A DNA stretch of 64,000 nt from a virus (lineage: Duplodnaviria > Caudoviricetes): IMG/VR virus record IMGVR_UViG_3300037882_002064, positions 1,423 to 65,422 of that record. One strand, written 5' to 3'. A program made the translations under genes and the position numbers. The notes under the pieces were generated by a model. The model had not been told where the DNA came from and did not search any database. It saw only the letters and a program-made list of their open reading frames with translations. Of this stretch, positions 19,069 through 29,669 are shown piece after piece (position 1 is the first letter of the stretch; each line of letters starts with the position of its first letter).

Positions 19069-19527
19069 ATGTTGCGATTCTCAACCGGACTCCGTAATGG
19101 ATTCCTAAACGCGACCGGCATCAAAGAGGCGATGGCCGATGGCATCATTCGCATCTATACCGGCGCTCAACCGATCACGGCAGACTCTGCCGCTATCGGC
19201 ACCCTGCTGGTTGAAGTGACCGTCAATGCCGGTGCTTGGGCTGCTGGTTCGCCTACCAATGGCCTTGAGTTTGATGCACCCGTATCCGGTGTATTGGCTA
19301 AGGCCGCGGCTGAAGCATGGCGCGGCAATGGCCTTGCGGTTGGCGTAGCGGGCTGGTTCCGTTTCTATGCAAACCCGGTAGATGCTGGCGGCGCTTCCAC
19401 CACCCTGGCCCGTATCGACGGTTCTGTTGGCAGATCGAGTGCAGACTTGAATCTGTCCAACACCAACATTGAGGTTGGCGTCCCGAACACGATTGATGTG
19501 TTCCAGATTTCAGTCGATCAAGGTTAA
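19069..19527 (+). CDS. Virion structural protein (paralog of 19959-20402)
   Basis: AAGGAG RBS; STGLRN...IYTGAQP..AD...W.G...FRF...RIDGSV...DLNLSN. Confidence 0.75.
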   Translation: MLRFSTGLRNGFLNATGIKEAMADGIIRIYTGAQPITADSAAIGTLLVEVTVNAGAWAAGSPTNGLEFDAPVSGVLAKAAAEAWRGNGLAVGVAGWFRFYANPVDAGGASTTLARIDGSVGRSSADLNLSNTNIEVGVPNTIDVFQISVDQG

Positions 19528-19539
19528 TCGGAGTCCTTT

Positions 19540-19959
19540 ATGGCACACGGAATATCAGACGATGCTATCACCAAGGTACTCGACCATATGTTTGGCTCGA
19601 CGACCTACACCAAGCCAACAGGCAAGACGCTGCATTTGTACCAGGGCGATCCTTACGGCGCGGGATCGGAAGTTGATGTGGTGGTTGACGATACCGCGTA
19701 TGCGGCCCAGTCAATTTCCTTCGCCAACGAAGGTGTGACTACGAACAATCGAGTTTACAACGATGCGATAGAAACCTTTGCCGCTACGGTGTATGGCTCG
19801 GGAGCTGCTCCCTATAGCGTGGATTTTTGGTGCGTTAAGGACGGCAGTTCAAACATCATGGCCGCTGGCCCACTACCAGCAGCCGTCAGTCGAGTCGCAG
19901 GAGAGTCACTGGCTTTCAATGTCGGCTCTATTTATGTTGAATTAGCGAGGACTGTCTAA
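19540..19959 (+). CDS. Virion structural protein (related to 3415-3834)
   Basis: TYTKPT...LHLYQGDP...EV...YAAQSISF...N...F pattern. Confidence 0.7.
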   Translation: MAHGISDDAITKVLDHMFGSTTYTKPTGKTLHLYQGDPYGAGSEVDVVVDDTAYAAQSISFANEGVTTNNRVYNDAIETFAATVYGSGAAPYSVDFWCVKDGSSNIMAAGPLPAAVSRVAGESLAFNVGSIYVELARTV

Positions 19960-20402
19960 TGGCGTTAAAGGTATCTCAAGGCCTGCGTGATTACATGCTG
20001 GCCACAGGATCGTTCAAGGCCGGCGTGGCACTTGGGTTTTTGAAACTCTATGCAGGGGCTGTCCCGGCTGATGCCAATGCCGCAGTTGCGCCAGCAGTGC
20101 TGCTTGCTACTATCTCGGTGAACGCTGGCGGTACTGGGCTGTCCTTCGAGGCAGCGGCAGTGTCCGGGGTGCTATCCAAGGCCGCAGCGGAAGTCTGGCA
20201 GGGCGTTGTTGGATCGAGCGCGACATGCACCTTCTTCCGCTTTGTGGCGGTGGGTGATGATGGGCTTCTATCCACTACCCAGCGGCGATTGCAAGGAACA
20301 GTGGCATTGGTTGGCGGTGATCTTAACCTGTCCAATGTTGCCCTTACGGCGGCCTCAGTGCAGACAATCAACCACTTCAACGTGGCGCTGCCTACGCTGT
20401 GA
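19959..20402 (+). CDS. Virion structural protein (paralog of 19069-19527)
   Basis: SQGLRD...LYAGAVP..AN...W.G...FRF...RLQGTV...DLNLSN. Confidence 0.75.
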   Translation: MALKVSQGLRDYMLATGSFKAGVALGFLKLYAGAVPADANAAVAPAVLLATISVNAGGTGLSFEAAAVSGVLSKAAAEVWQGVVGSSATCTFFRFVAVGDDGLLSTTQRRLQGTVALVGGDLNLSNVALTAASVQTINHFNVALPTL

Positions 20403-22816
20403 AGCACATCCAATTCTTTGGCGAAAGCTCTCTGTGCAGCCAATGGCTGCCTTTCGCCAAGAAGAAGATGGATTCACTTACTCGCCTCTATGGAGCGCGA
20501 GTTTACTGGACATGGGAGCGGGTCATTGGGCCGGTCAGGATCAGCCTGGAACGCGATGGCGCAATTGAGTTCATCCGTATTTATGCGGGAATTCGCGGCT
20601 ATGAGTACATTGCCGTTATCAATAAGTTTGTCGTCGACGAGGAAAATCCAGAGCCAACGGTAGATCCTGCGGTGTCGCGGTTCAGCATTGCTATGTTAGC
20701 GCCGCCCCCCGATCCCAATGAGCCGGTGCCGACGCCCCCGGATGAATGGTGGCTTGACCAGGGCACAATGATTGCCAGAAACCGCCGCGGGACGTTACTG
20801 AAGCCCGAGAACGACAGTAAAAAGCTGGATCGTCGTGACAAGTGGTTGAGTGCAGGCCGGTACGGATTTATTGATCCTGAAGATGATGAAGATACTGATC
20901 TCGGGACAAACCTTTATTCCGCGTCAGACTGGTTTGAGCTGCCCGTTGTCGATACTGACGAGGCTTATGCCCTGGCCGACCTTATTAGCGGGCAGTTTGA
21001 CAAAGATCGCGGCAGGATTCTCAAGTGGTATACCCACCGCAGTCGCAATTTTGACTTGGCCTATTGGTTCCCACTGAAATACCCGATCCTCTTAGCGCCA
21101 GGCCTTGTGTTTTCCATTGCCACAAGCGGAAAGTCTCGCCTTACTGGCTTGACGGTTGCTAACTCCGATGATGATGGCAGCGGGCACTTCCCCCTTGCCG
21201 GATCTTGTGCATGGCAAGGCAATGTCCTCATGGGCGCGTCATGGCGCGGTGACGACTTCATGTTCGAGGTACGCAGCGAGAACTATCGCCAATACTATAC
21301 CGGGTCATTTTTCTTTTCCCTTACCCGGCCCGGATGGATGAATAGCGGCATTCAGACGCCGTGGGTGAGTAGCGCGGCCGGTGGCCACCTTGATGTGTAC
21401 ACGCCTTGGTACTGGCGCGGGGATGGCAAGCGGTGCGTGTCATTGCAGTACAACAAGTACCTGCAACCATCCAGCAGCCAAGAAAGCGATTTACTTGATT
21501 CGGGCTTTGTTGAGGCTGAAATCATTGTCAACCAGTTGGTGCATCCCGGCGATCTTACCCAAGAGCCGCCAGAGATCCCCACGGTTGCTTCAGCGTACTT
21601 TGTTCACCAGCAGCACAACCTGGCTGAAATAGGGATCAACCCTTGCGCCATTGATTACTACATGCTGGATCAGCGCAAGAAGCGCGCCTATTACTTCGCC
21701 CCGTACATGGGGCCGATCAGAACCCGCGGCCTTGAGCCATCCGGCTTCCCTGATCCGCAGCCAGAAGAAAGAACCAGCTTTGCCCGAGACTTGCTGGTGT
21801 ACCTAGTGTGCGTGGAGATAGACGATCTATTCCCAGGCACAGAGATTTGGCGCATCCCGGTTTGGCATGGCCAAGCATGGAGAGGCTACGACCTTATTGA
21901 CGACGACACAGATCCTCCGTTGCCGCCCTATCTGGATGCAATTTATTGGGGGTCAGGGTTTGGATACCCTTCCATAACGCACAATATGGACGATGTGGAT
22001 GGTGTGCCAGTGTGGGACTGGCTTGATATTCGCGGAGTGATTACTGCGATGGATGCCAGGGCTGAAGCCGTAGCGATCCATTATCAGGTGCGAATGCCCG
22101 AGCCGCACAATGTAAATGGGAATGACGTTGAAGAAAGCCGCTGGTTTGGGAAGTATTATCGAATCTGGCGTGACGAGGAACCGATAGTTCCTCCGCCCGA
22201 GCCGCCTATCGTGGCACCGCCATTGCTCAAGTCAGTGAGGCAAAACGAATGGATCAGGCCAGACCTGACATTAAGCCCAATACTGACCGATGGTGATTAC
22301 ACCTATTTGGACTCGGTAGATGGATTGAGTGGAGAGCCAGTATTGCCCGGCGACTTCATGGAAGTATTGTCTGAAATACCCGATGGTTATGTACCCTTTT
22401 TGAAAGGCTCCACATATGATTTAGACGGTACGCAGACAGGCCTTCAGCAACTGTATTCCACCATCTTGCAGCAGGTGGTTTACATTAGCGGCGGTGGATC
22501 ACCTTACCGGGTATACAACGGATTCAGGGTTTCCCCGACCAAGAGCTTTGCCCTGATTGCGAACAACAGGTCACTGTTCCAGCACGTTAATACGGTATAC
22601 AACAGTGAGCTGACCAATGCCCTTGAACCGTGGAGGGGCGTTCCTATGGAGTGGTGGGTAATGGATCACATCGAGCAGTACAAAGGTCGACTGAGCGAGC
22701 CGGCCACCAGTACGCACTATGGCTTATATAACGCGACTCGCGGGAAAGAGTATCCCCCTGGCGAGATCGAGGACAGCTTTGCCACCGCTTCCGTTAATGG
22801 GATATGGGTCGAATAA
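20399..22816 (+). CDS. Tail-associated protein, function unknown (805 aa)
   Basis: GTGA overlap; long, aromatic- and Pro-rich ORF within the tail block. Confidence 0.7.
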   Translation: MKHIQFFGESSLCSQWLPFAKKKMDSLTRLYGARVYWTWERVIGPVRISLERDGAIEFIRIYAGIRGYEYIAVINKFVVDEENPEPTVDPAVSRFSIAMLAPPPDPNEPVPTPPDEWWLDQGTMIARNRRGTLLKPENDSKKLDRRDKWLSAGRYGFIDPEDDEDTDLGTNLYSASDWFELPVVDTDEAYALADLISGQFDKDRGRILKWYTHRSRNFDLAYWFPLKYPILLAPGLVFSIATSGKSRLTGLTVANSDDDGSGHFPLAGSCAWQGNVLMGASWRGDDFMFEVRSENYRQYYTGSFFFSLTRPGWMNSGIQTPWVSSAAGGHLDVYTPWYWRGDGKRCVSLQYNKYLQPSSSQESDLLDSGFVEAEIIVNQLVHPGDLTQEPPEIPTVASAYFVHQQHNLAEIGINPCAIDYYMLDQRKKRAYYFAPYMGPIRTRGLEPSGFPDPQPEERTSFARDLLVYLVCVEIDDLFPGTEIWRIPVWHGQAWRGYDLIDDDTDPPLPPYLDAIYWGSGFGYPSITHNMDDVDGVPVWDWLDIRGVITAMDARAEAVAIHYQVRMPEPHNVNGNDVEESRWFGKYYRIWRDEEPIVPPPEPPIVAPPLLKSVRQNEWIRPDLTLSPILTDGDYTYLDSVDGLSGEPVLPGDFMEVLSEIPDGYVPFLKGSTYDLDGTQTGLQQLYSTILQQVVYISGGGSPYRVYNGFRVSPTKSFALIANNRSLFQHVNTVYNSELTNALEPWRGVPMEWWVMDHIEQYKGRLSEPATSTHYGLYNATRGKEYPPGEIEDSFATASVNGIWVE

Positions 22817-24478
22817 ATGGAATGGCTTCTCAACAAACTCACAAAGACTGGCACTGCGTCTTACACGCCAGGAACGCCGGGAGTCCCTTCTATTCCGGGC
22901 CAGTCTGCCCAGCCATCTTACGACTACTGGGAGGAAGAAACGGTTGGTGGTGGCTATTACACAACGTCAGAGCCACCCCAAGGCTATGAGGACGTTGTTT
23001 ATGGCGGCGGGTATACGGTCAGCTACAACGGCTATCGGTACTTTGGTTCTGTAAAAGGCGTTGTTGTTGCAGTTACCGATGCTGGCGGGACAATTTTCTA
23101 CACCTACCAGATGCAACCAACAGTCGTGCGAACAAAGGTCACTGTCCCGGCAGTGCCCTACATTGCCCCGACTCCGGGTATCCCGCAAGTCCCCGCGCAA
23201 GAGTCCATCGACTACCGCTATGGATGGAACTCAGGTGCCACCGGCCCGGATGTGCTGGCAGTCAATACAGGCATTACATGGCGCTTTGACGAGGGCAGCA
23301 TAGGCGCGGCGGTTGGCCTCTCCCCTATCGGAACACCAGGCCAGACCTACATTGAAATGACGCTGTGTGTTATAGCCCAGTCCGGGCTGTACCAGATATT
23401 GCTTAATGGCGTATCAGTCACCTCACCAAGGGTGTTTGATACCGCAGACAAGTTTGCCATCACGCACACGCCGGGAGGAATTTACCGGGTAGTTGTGAAT
23501 GGCGCGGTGCAATACGAAACGACATTTACCGCCCCCAAGGTGCCCGATAGCTCGCTGTACTCTGCTTACGATGTGATCTTCGATGCAGTAGAGAAAGCGA
23601 TTGCGGTCATTCCTGTGCTGGTCAATGTTGCCGCAGTCACTCGATCTGCCGCGGTCACGCTGGTGGCACCGAAAAGAGCCTTAAAGTACGGCCCAACAAC
23701 AGGGCGCGGCATTGTGGGTGCGGTGTCACCATCGAGCGCGATCTGTACGCGGGTACGGGCAGGATCGACAATGATAACCGCTGGGATAGCGGTAACGAAA
23801 TCAGCGGGTGTCGGCATTGCCTACAGAAACCGGGCATACAACCCTGCTACGGCTGTTGGCGCTGTCACCAGAACACTTGGCGGGATTGAAATCAGTCCGG
23901 GGATCGGCGCGCGCGCTGACCTAGCCTTTGAGGAAATGACTGGTTCCGCTGCCGGCCCTAATCACTTTGTCGGCTGGACAGGCTACAACGGCGATGGCTA
24001 TAAGGCCTATTTACCCGAGTTGACTGTAGATAGCGCGTCAGGTTTCTTTGTGCCATCGACGGCCAATGGCGAAGCCATCATGGTGCCGATGATAGGGTAT
24101 GGCATTGGACTGACCGGAGAAGTCTCTACCAGTTGCGACCTGGCATTTCTGCCGGTTATCGGATTGGCCTCGGGCCGGGATGCTACCGATCCCGTAGAGG
24201 ACGGCGACTATGGCATGGCCGATGTGGCATTCGACGAGCTGTATGTTTTCGCGTCAGACGTACCCTTGCCGCAGGGAGCGGCAATGTCATTCTCTTTCGT
24301 CATTAACGCATATGGCTACACAGAACAAGCCAATGCGGCTTACCTGGCATCCCGCAATGCGTTCAGTGTGATCGGGTACGGCAGCGGGCAGCTTCAAAAT
24401 TCCTTTGGCTTCAATTTGGAAGCCGAAGCGACCGGCGCAAACATTGGATGGATGAAAGGAAGAATCGGATATGGCTGA
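22817..24478 (+). CDS. Tail/fibre-associated protein
   Basis: 553 aa, abuts the previous stop; GWNSGA motif and a lectin-like beta segment. Confidence 0.7.
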   Translation: MEWLLNKLTKTGTASYTPGTPGVPSIPGQSAQPSYDYWEEETVGGGYYTTSEPPQGYEDVVYGGGYTVSYNGYRYFGSVKGVVVAVTDAGGTIFYTYQMQPTVVRTKVTVPAVPYIAPTPGIPQVPAQESIDYRYGWNSGATGPDVLAVNTGITWRFDEGSIGAAVGLSPIGTPGQTYIEMTLCVIAQSGLYQILLNGVSVTSPRVFDTADKFAITHTPGGIYRVVVNGAVQYETTFTAPKVPDSSLYSAYDVIFDAVEKAIAVIPVLVNVAAVTRSAAVTLVAPKRALKYGPTTGRGIVGAVSPSSAICTRVRAGSTMITAGIAVTKSAGVGIAYRNRAYNPATAVGAVTRTLGGIEISPGIGARADLAFEEMTGSAAGPNHFVGWTGYNGDGYKAYLPELTVDSASGFFVPSTANGEAIMVPMIGYGIGLTGEVSTSCDLAFLPVIGLASGRDATDPVEDGDYGMADVAFDELYVFASDVPLPQGAAMSFSFVINAYGYTEQANAAYLASRNAFSVIGYGSGQLQNSFGFNLEAEATGANIGWMKGRIGYG

Positions 24479-25124
24479 CACAATACTAACTGATTTGGCG
24501 GAATATAGTGGGGTGCTGGCCCCTGACGACTGGGTGTATCTGGTCGATGCCAGTGCTACGCCGCCAGCCGGGTCTTACAAAATCCAAGTCAAAAACCTTG
24601 GTGCGCGCATACTGTTGCAGGAAATCATTAACACCTCTGCGGGCCAATTTGATTTCGGGCCTGCTTTGGCTGGCGGCATTATACCCGCGGGGTTTAACAA
24701 ACTGGTTATTGAAGGCGAACTTAGAAGTAATGCGGCCGTTTCCCTGGCCAATGTCTGTAGCATTTTTAATGCCGACACGACAAGCACAAATTACTACTCG
24801 CAGTTGACTACTGCTTATGGTGCCTCCACAGGTGGTGGAGCGGTAGGGCAGGCAGCGGCCTTTAACGCGGCCACCTGTACAGGCGCATCCTCGCCCACTG
24901 ACTCCTATACATTCGTTCGCATGGAGATATTCAACTATACCGGCAACCGCCTAAAGTCTGTGCTATCGAACTACTGCTCTTTAGAAATACCTACGGGGCT
25001 TCGTGTAGGCTCGCAAGCATGTGTGTGGGATTTCAATAACGCTTTGACTCGCATTCGCATTCAGACAGATAACCATCCTGTCAGTCAGTTGTTCGGGGTG
25101 CTGCGCTTATACGGTGAAATGTAA
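24471..25124 (+). CDS. Tail fibre-like protein
   Basis: ILTDL...APDDWVYLVD...SYKI N-terminal attachment-like motif; C-terminal beta domain ending LRLYG. Confidence 0.65.
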   Translation: MADTILTDLAEYSGVLAPDDWVYLVDASATPPAGSYKIQVKNLGARILLQEIINTSAGQFDFGPALAGGIIPAGFNKLVIEGELRSNAAVSLANVCSIFNADTTSTNYYSQLTTAYGASTGGGAVGQAAAFNAATCTGASSPTDSYTFVRMEIFNYTGNRLKSVLSNYCSLEIPTGLRVGSQACVWDFNNALTRIRIQTDNHPVSQLFGVLRLYGEM

Positions 25125-26098
25125 TGTCAGTATTATTACTGCAATCTGGTGACAAGCTATTACTGCAAAACGGTAATGGCCTTGGTTTGGATGGACTGAC
25201 CGATATTGTTGGGTCTGCTGCTGTCACTATTTCCAGTACAGGTACGGCAACCTTCATTGACCATACTGTGCCGGCAGATCCTTATGTGCCGCCTTTTGAA
25301 CCGACAATCAATATCCGGTTTAATGTCGAGGCCAATGCCTTAGTAGGCGCAGTCGGTTTAATGGCCGTCAGTTGGATCGGTCTATCAGGTGCCGGCCAGG
25401 GTGGATCGCAGGGCAAGTTCAGCGCCCCCCTACTGGTATCTTCTTCAGCCGTATCTGTTGGCGCTGTTGGCCGGCTCGACGTACCTATCAACCGGATGTT
25501 CAATCTTCATGGATCGGGCACCCCGGACGTGGCTGGCCGAGCCGTTATGGTTGCGCCACTGTTCCGATCCTTGTTCGGCGTACACCGGGGCACCGCCCCC
25601 CTGTTTGCATTGCGTGGCATTGCCAGCGGCGGCTTACTGGTGCCCGAGCTTTACAATGCAATGGCCGTGAATATCAAGAATGCGGCGCTGACGGAATACA
25701 CCGGGTTCGCCTTTAACCACATGGTTATTTTCAATGGCCAGACGGTTGCCTTCAGTGATGCGGGAGCCTTCCTGCTGGGCGGGGATCTGGATGTGGCGGC
25801 AGAAATCAATTCTGTAGCAGAGCTGGCACCAACCGACTTCGGCTCTAGCAACATGAAGCGAATGCCTTATATGTACATTGGCACAAAAACAGGGGCCGCC
25901 ATGCTGGTATCCACCATCGCCGATGAAGATGAAATACTGGCCAGCCTAACGGCAACGGTTGGTCGCAATCGCCGGGCGAAGATGGCCAGGGGCAAGAAGG
26001 CCAGGTACTGGGCCGCCAAGATCCAAAACAGAAACGGCGAGGACTTCGCTATTGATTCAATCGAATACTTGCCGATGGCATTAGGGAGAAAGGTCTAA
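25124..26098 (+). CDS. Tail protein
   Basis: TAATG overlap; LTEYTGFAFN...TDFGSSNMKR...RGKKARYW C-terminal block. Confidence 0.7.
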   Translation: MSVLLLQSGDKLLLQNGNGLGLDGLTDIVGSAAVTISSTGTATFIDHTVPADPYVPPFEPTINIRFNVEANALVGAVGLMAVSWIGLSGAGQGGSQGKFSAPLLVSSSAVSVGAVGRLDVPINRMFNLHGSGTPDVAGRAVMVAPLFRSLFGVHRGTAPLFALRGIASGGLLVPELYNAMAVNIKNAALTEYTGFAFNHMVIFNGQTVAFSDAGAFLLGGDLDVAAEINSVAELAPTDFGSSNMKRMPYMYIGTKTGAAMLVSTIADEDEILASLTATVGRNRRAKMARGKKARYWAAKIQNRNGEDFAIDSIEYLPMALGRKV

Positions 26099-27999
26099 TG
26101 GCCACTATTGATGAAGTCATTGAGAATGCCCAAGACTACGCCGAGGATCTGAGGGGCCTGGCCGAGGACATGGTAGAAGATGCCTCGCAAATTGCACAGG
26201 GCCGAGCTTTTACAAATGTAAGGGACTTGGAATTTACGCTAGGGCAACAGGAAGATGCTTATGGGTTTATTGACGAGGATGTGCCAGCGGAATTCACGGA
26301 CACTTTTTTCCGCCCGATAAAAGATCAATATGTAGATGAGGTTGATTTTGAAGCGCCTTATCTTATAGCGCAGCCGCAATTTCCCAATGCACCCGATGCG
26401 CTCAATACAGACAATCTTTTTGACATTGATCTGCCTGCTTGGGATATACCGGATTTCACTACTGCGCCGCCGTCGATCAATACCAATTTACTGTTTCCGA
26501 CTGCGCCAGTCATTACGCTGCCGCCAGATCCTACGCCTTCGGGCGATATATTCGACGTTCCTGATGTAGTCGCTCCGATATTTGACGATCAGATGAACCT
26601 GAATGCAGTATCGACGATTGATGTAACTGCGCGAATAGCCGATGAATTCACGATCACCCGGCAACAGTTGGTTGATGCGGCAGAGTCGTATGCGAACAAT
26701 TGGATGGTGCAGCATTGCCCCAATTACACGACTGGAATGGCCGAGCTGGAAGCGCGCATATCTTCGGCCATGCAGGGCGGCAATGCCTTGGACGAGGCTT
26801 GGGAGCAGGCCATCTATGATCGTGCGCTGATCCGCACCACTGACGAACAGCACCGGGCGCAATTGGCGTTGACTGAGGACTATGCTCGCAGGGGCTTTGC
26901 TGTCCCGCCGGGCGCGGTGATGGGCGGCCTGTCCCGCATTCGTTATGAGCAGTCGCGCAATACTGCCGACATATCCGCACAGGTTGCCGTCGAAAGGGCC
27001 AAGATCGAGCTGCAACATTTGCAGTTTGGTATGCAGATCTCTACTACGTTGCGCCAACATTTTTCCAGTGCCATGCAGAACTACATGCAATTGGCATTAA
27101 GCGGCAACGGGATCGCATTGGAGTACGCCAAGGACATTGGCCGCTGGGCTGCCGAGATCTTCAACCAGGGTGTCGAGCTGTACAAGCTGGAAATTCAGCG
27201 GTATCAGGCCGAAGCGCAGGTATATGCAGTGCGCCTTGAATCCGCGTTCGCCATGATTAAAGTGTTCGAGGTCGAGATTGAGGCCGAGAAGCTGAAGATC
27301 GAAGTGGATCGCAATGCCATTGCGCTGTATGAAGCCAAGATACAGGGCGAGCAGAGCAAGATCGAGATTTACAATTCCCAGTTGCAGGCTATTCGGACGC
27401 AGTTGGAGTCAGAAGGCCAGAAGCTCGCCATTTACGAATCACAGGTGAAGGCCTACGCCACGCGAGTCGGGGCGAAAGAGTCTGAATACAATGCCTATCG
27501 AGCTGCCATCCAGGGCGATGCAGAAAAGGTGAATGCGTATTCCGCGGAAGTGAGAGCCTACTCAGAGGGTGTGAGCGCGGCCGGAACGAAAGTGGATGCA
27601 GATCGGGCTATTTCCCAGTCCATCACCGAGTACAACCGGGCGCTGCTGGATAGACGCGACAGCGGTATCAAGCTGTATATGGCTGATATTGACGCTGAAG
27701 GCACCCGGTTTTCTTCTTCAGTGGAAGCGCAGAAAGCTGTCCTGGCGTCTTACACGACCCGAGTGGAAGCCAAGCTCAAGGCCATGCTTAATGAATATGA
27801 ATACAAAAGACTGGATCTTCAGGCCGCAGTCGCTAGGGTAGAAACCAATTTAAGAGCGCAGATTGCCGATGTGGAATCCTCTGTTCGCTCTATTGTGGCG
27901 CAGGCCAATGTTACCAATTCTGGCGCGAATATCATTTCTAACATGGCCAGTGCGGTACTAACTACAAACAACACGATATTGACCAAAGAGGATACCTAA
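26098..27999 (+). CDS. Coiled-coil internal virion / ejection protein (putative)
   Basis: 633 aa with a long Ala/Glu/Tyr heptad region; ARRGFAVPPG motif; position before the giant gene. Confidence 0.65.
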   Translation: MATIDEVIENAQDYAEDLRGLAEDMVEDASQIAQGRAFTNVRDLEFTLGQQEDAYGFIDEDVPAEFTDTFFRPIKDQYVDEVDFEAPYLIAQPQFPNAPDALNTDNLFDIDLPAWDIPDFTTAPPSINTNLLFPTAPVITLPPDPTPSGDIFDVPDVVAPIFDDQMNLNAVSTIDVTARIADEFTITRQQLVDAAESYANNWMVQHCPNYTTGMAELEARISSAMQGGNALDEAWEQAIYDRALIRTTDEQHRAQLALTEDYARRGFAVPPGAVMGGLSRIRYEQSRNTADISAQVAVERAKIELQHLQFGMQISTTLRQHFSSAMQNYMQLALSGNGIALEYAKDIGRWAAEIFNQGVELYKLEIQRYQAEAQVYAVRLESAFAMIKVFEVEIEAEKLKIEVDRNAIALYEAKIQGEQSKIEIYNSQLQAIRTQLESEGQKLAIYESQVKAYATRVGAKESEYNAYRAAIQGDAEKVNAYSAEVRAYSEGVSAAGTKVDADRAISQSITEYNRALLDRRDSGIKLYMADIDAEGTRFSSSVEAQKAVLASYTTRVEAKLKAMLNEYEYKRLDLQAAVARVETNLRAQIADVESSVRSIVAQANVTNSGANIISNMASAVLTTNNTILTKEDT

Positions 28000-28000
28000 G

Positions 28001-29659
28001 ATGCCATTATTGAAGCCGCGACTTACTGAGCAGCAGCGCCTGACGCAGCAGGCATTGACCAAGCCCCCCGGCGTGGATTTGGGTACTGGCCGGCCAACTT
28101 TGGGCAACACGGACTACACGCGCCCTGGCACCACTCAGGCCATCCAAAATCCCAACATTGCTGGTGACGCGCCTTATCAGGCGACTCGGGATGCACAGAA
28201 TGGCCGCCTAGCTGAAGCGAAGATCGAGGCTCGTCGTGCGGGAAGGGGCGCGGCACCCAACCCCACCGCCACGGCTCCCGATCCTGCCCGAGTAGCCGCC
28301 CAGCAGCGGTTCGATGCAAAGGCCGCCGCCGAGGCCGCCGCCAAAGAGACAAAGAAGGCACCCAAGACGAAATTGGTTAAGCCGGCAGCGCCTGCACCGA
28401 CAGCGCCTGCACCGACAGCGCCTGCGGTTAAGCCGGGCCTGTTAGGTAAAGCCGCTGGCATTGGCGGCAAGTTGGTTAGAGGGGGCGGTGTAGCGGCGCT
28501 CGGTTATACGGTGGGTCAGGCTGCCTACGAAGGCACCAAGGCGCTGATTGAAAACACTGAGTATGGCCAGCGAATCCCAACGGCTTTAGCCGACCTGGCC
28601 TCTAATTTGACCGGAGCAGATGAGCGGGAGGCAGCACTGCTGTCAGAGGATCCCGCTGTGCGAAACCCGGCCATCGCGGGAGAGAACTATAAAAGCGATC
28701 TGAGAACCAAGGCGCAGAGTGGTGCGCCTGCACCTGCCGGGCAGCCCGCAGGGCCAACACCATTGCCCGCCCGGCCCGGCTCCACTGAAGAAGCGCAAGT
28801 GGCTGGCTATGTCGCGCAAAATAGTGTCGATGCTGGCAAGGGCGTCAGTGCCGCCAACCCGCAGGCCATACCCAATACCGGCTTTAATTATGCCGGGAAG
28901 TATGGCGATACCGAAGTCTTGTCCCGGCCCACGATGGGTGCCGATGGCAAGCCGGTGATTGATTCTGGCAGCGGGCCGCGCGCGGGACAGGTTGTGCCTG
29001 AATTCACCGACCAGAACACTGCATTCAACCGCCCTGGCTCCGCACCTTCAGCAGAGGCGCAGGCCGCCGAGGCCGCTCGCGTTGCTCAGTCTCGGGCAGA
29101 CTACGAGCGCAACACTACTGGCAGCGATGGTCGTCGATACTACGGCGGTGGCGCTACTGAGGAACTGAGGGCTGCCCAGCTTGAGCAGGCTCGCAAAGGC
29201 GATGCTGATGGCACCGTTGCCCGGCAATTGGCTGATGAGGGCCTGACCCCCGAGCAAAGGGCCGCCTATGCGACTGACCCGGTGGCCGCGTATGGGGTAG
29301 ATGCTGACGCCAATGCTGCGGCTGTTGGCAACCAGCTCGATGCGTACAAGCAGCAATACACCATGCAAGGCGATACCATCAAAAATGCCAGGCTGGAAAG
29401 AAGTGCTGAAATGGAAAATTCAGGGAAATTGATTGCCGGCTTGAAAACGAGCAACCCTGCCTCTTATGACAAAATAATGCAGATGGCAGCAGAGCAATCA
29501 ACAGCCAGTGGCCAGCCAATGAGTAGCGTTGTTTCGCAATTATTGGCATCATTACAGATGGATGCAACAGGTGCGCCAGTCATAGGCGAAGATGGTAATT
29601 TTGTGCCACTTCCTATTGATACTCCGCAGTCTGGCAGTGCATTACAACAATACCTATAA
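28001..29659 (+). CDS. Low-complexity internal virion / ejection protein (putative)
   Basis: Ala/Pro/Gly-rich, with one Gly-rich hydrophobic stretch. Confidence 0.65.
   Translation: MPLLKPRLTEQQRLTQQALTKPPGVDLGTGRPTLGNTDYTRPGTTQAIQNPNIAGDAPYQATRDAQNGRLAEAKIEARRAGRGAAPNPTATAPDPARVAAQQRFDAKAAAEAAAKETKKAPKTKLVKPAAPAPTAPAPTAPAVKPGLLGKAAGIGGKLVRGGGVAALGYTVGQAAYEGTKALIENTEYGQRIPTALADLASNLTGADEREAALLSEDPAVRNPAIAGENYKSDLRTKAQSGAPAPAGQPAGPTPLPARPGSTEEAQVAGYVAQNSVDAGKGVSAANPQAIPNTGFNYAGKYGDTEVLSRPTMGADGKPVIDSGSGPRAGQVVPEFTDQNTAFNRPGSAPSAEAQAAEAARVAQSRADYERNTTGSDGRRYYGGGATEELRAAQLEQARKGDADGTVARQLADEGLTPEQRAAYATDPVAAYGVDADANAAAVGNQLDAYKQQYTMQGDTIKNARLERSAEMENSGKLIAGLKTSNPASYDKIMQMAAEQSTASGQPMSSVVSQLLASLQMDATGAPVIGEDGNFVPLPIDTPQSGSALQQYL
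28386..28425 (+). repeat. 15-bp tandem repeat (about 2.7 copies) encoding APAPT
   Basis: CAGCGCCTGCACCGA x2 plus CAGCGCCTGC. Confidence 0.9.
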
Positions 29660-29669
29660 GGGATAGAAG

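Noticed and set aside
28386-28425. Short tandem repeats as CRISPR or contingency loci (also 39211-39237)
   Set aside because: In-frame linker expansions without spacers; no cas genes.
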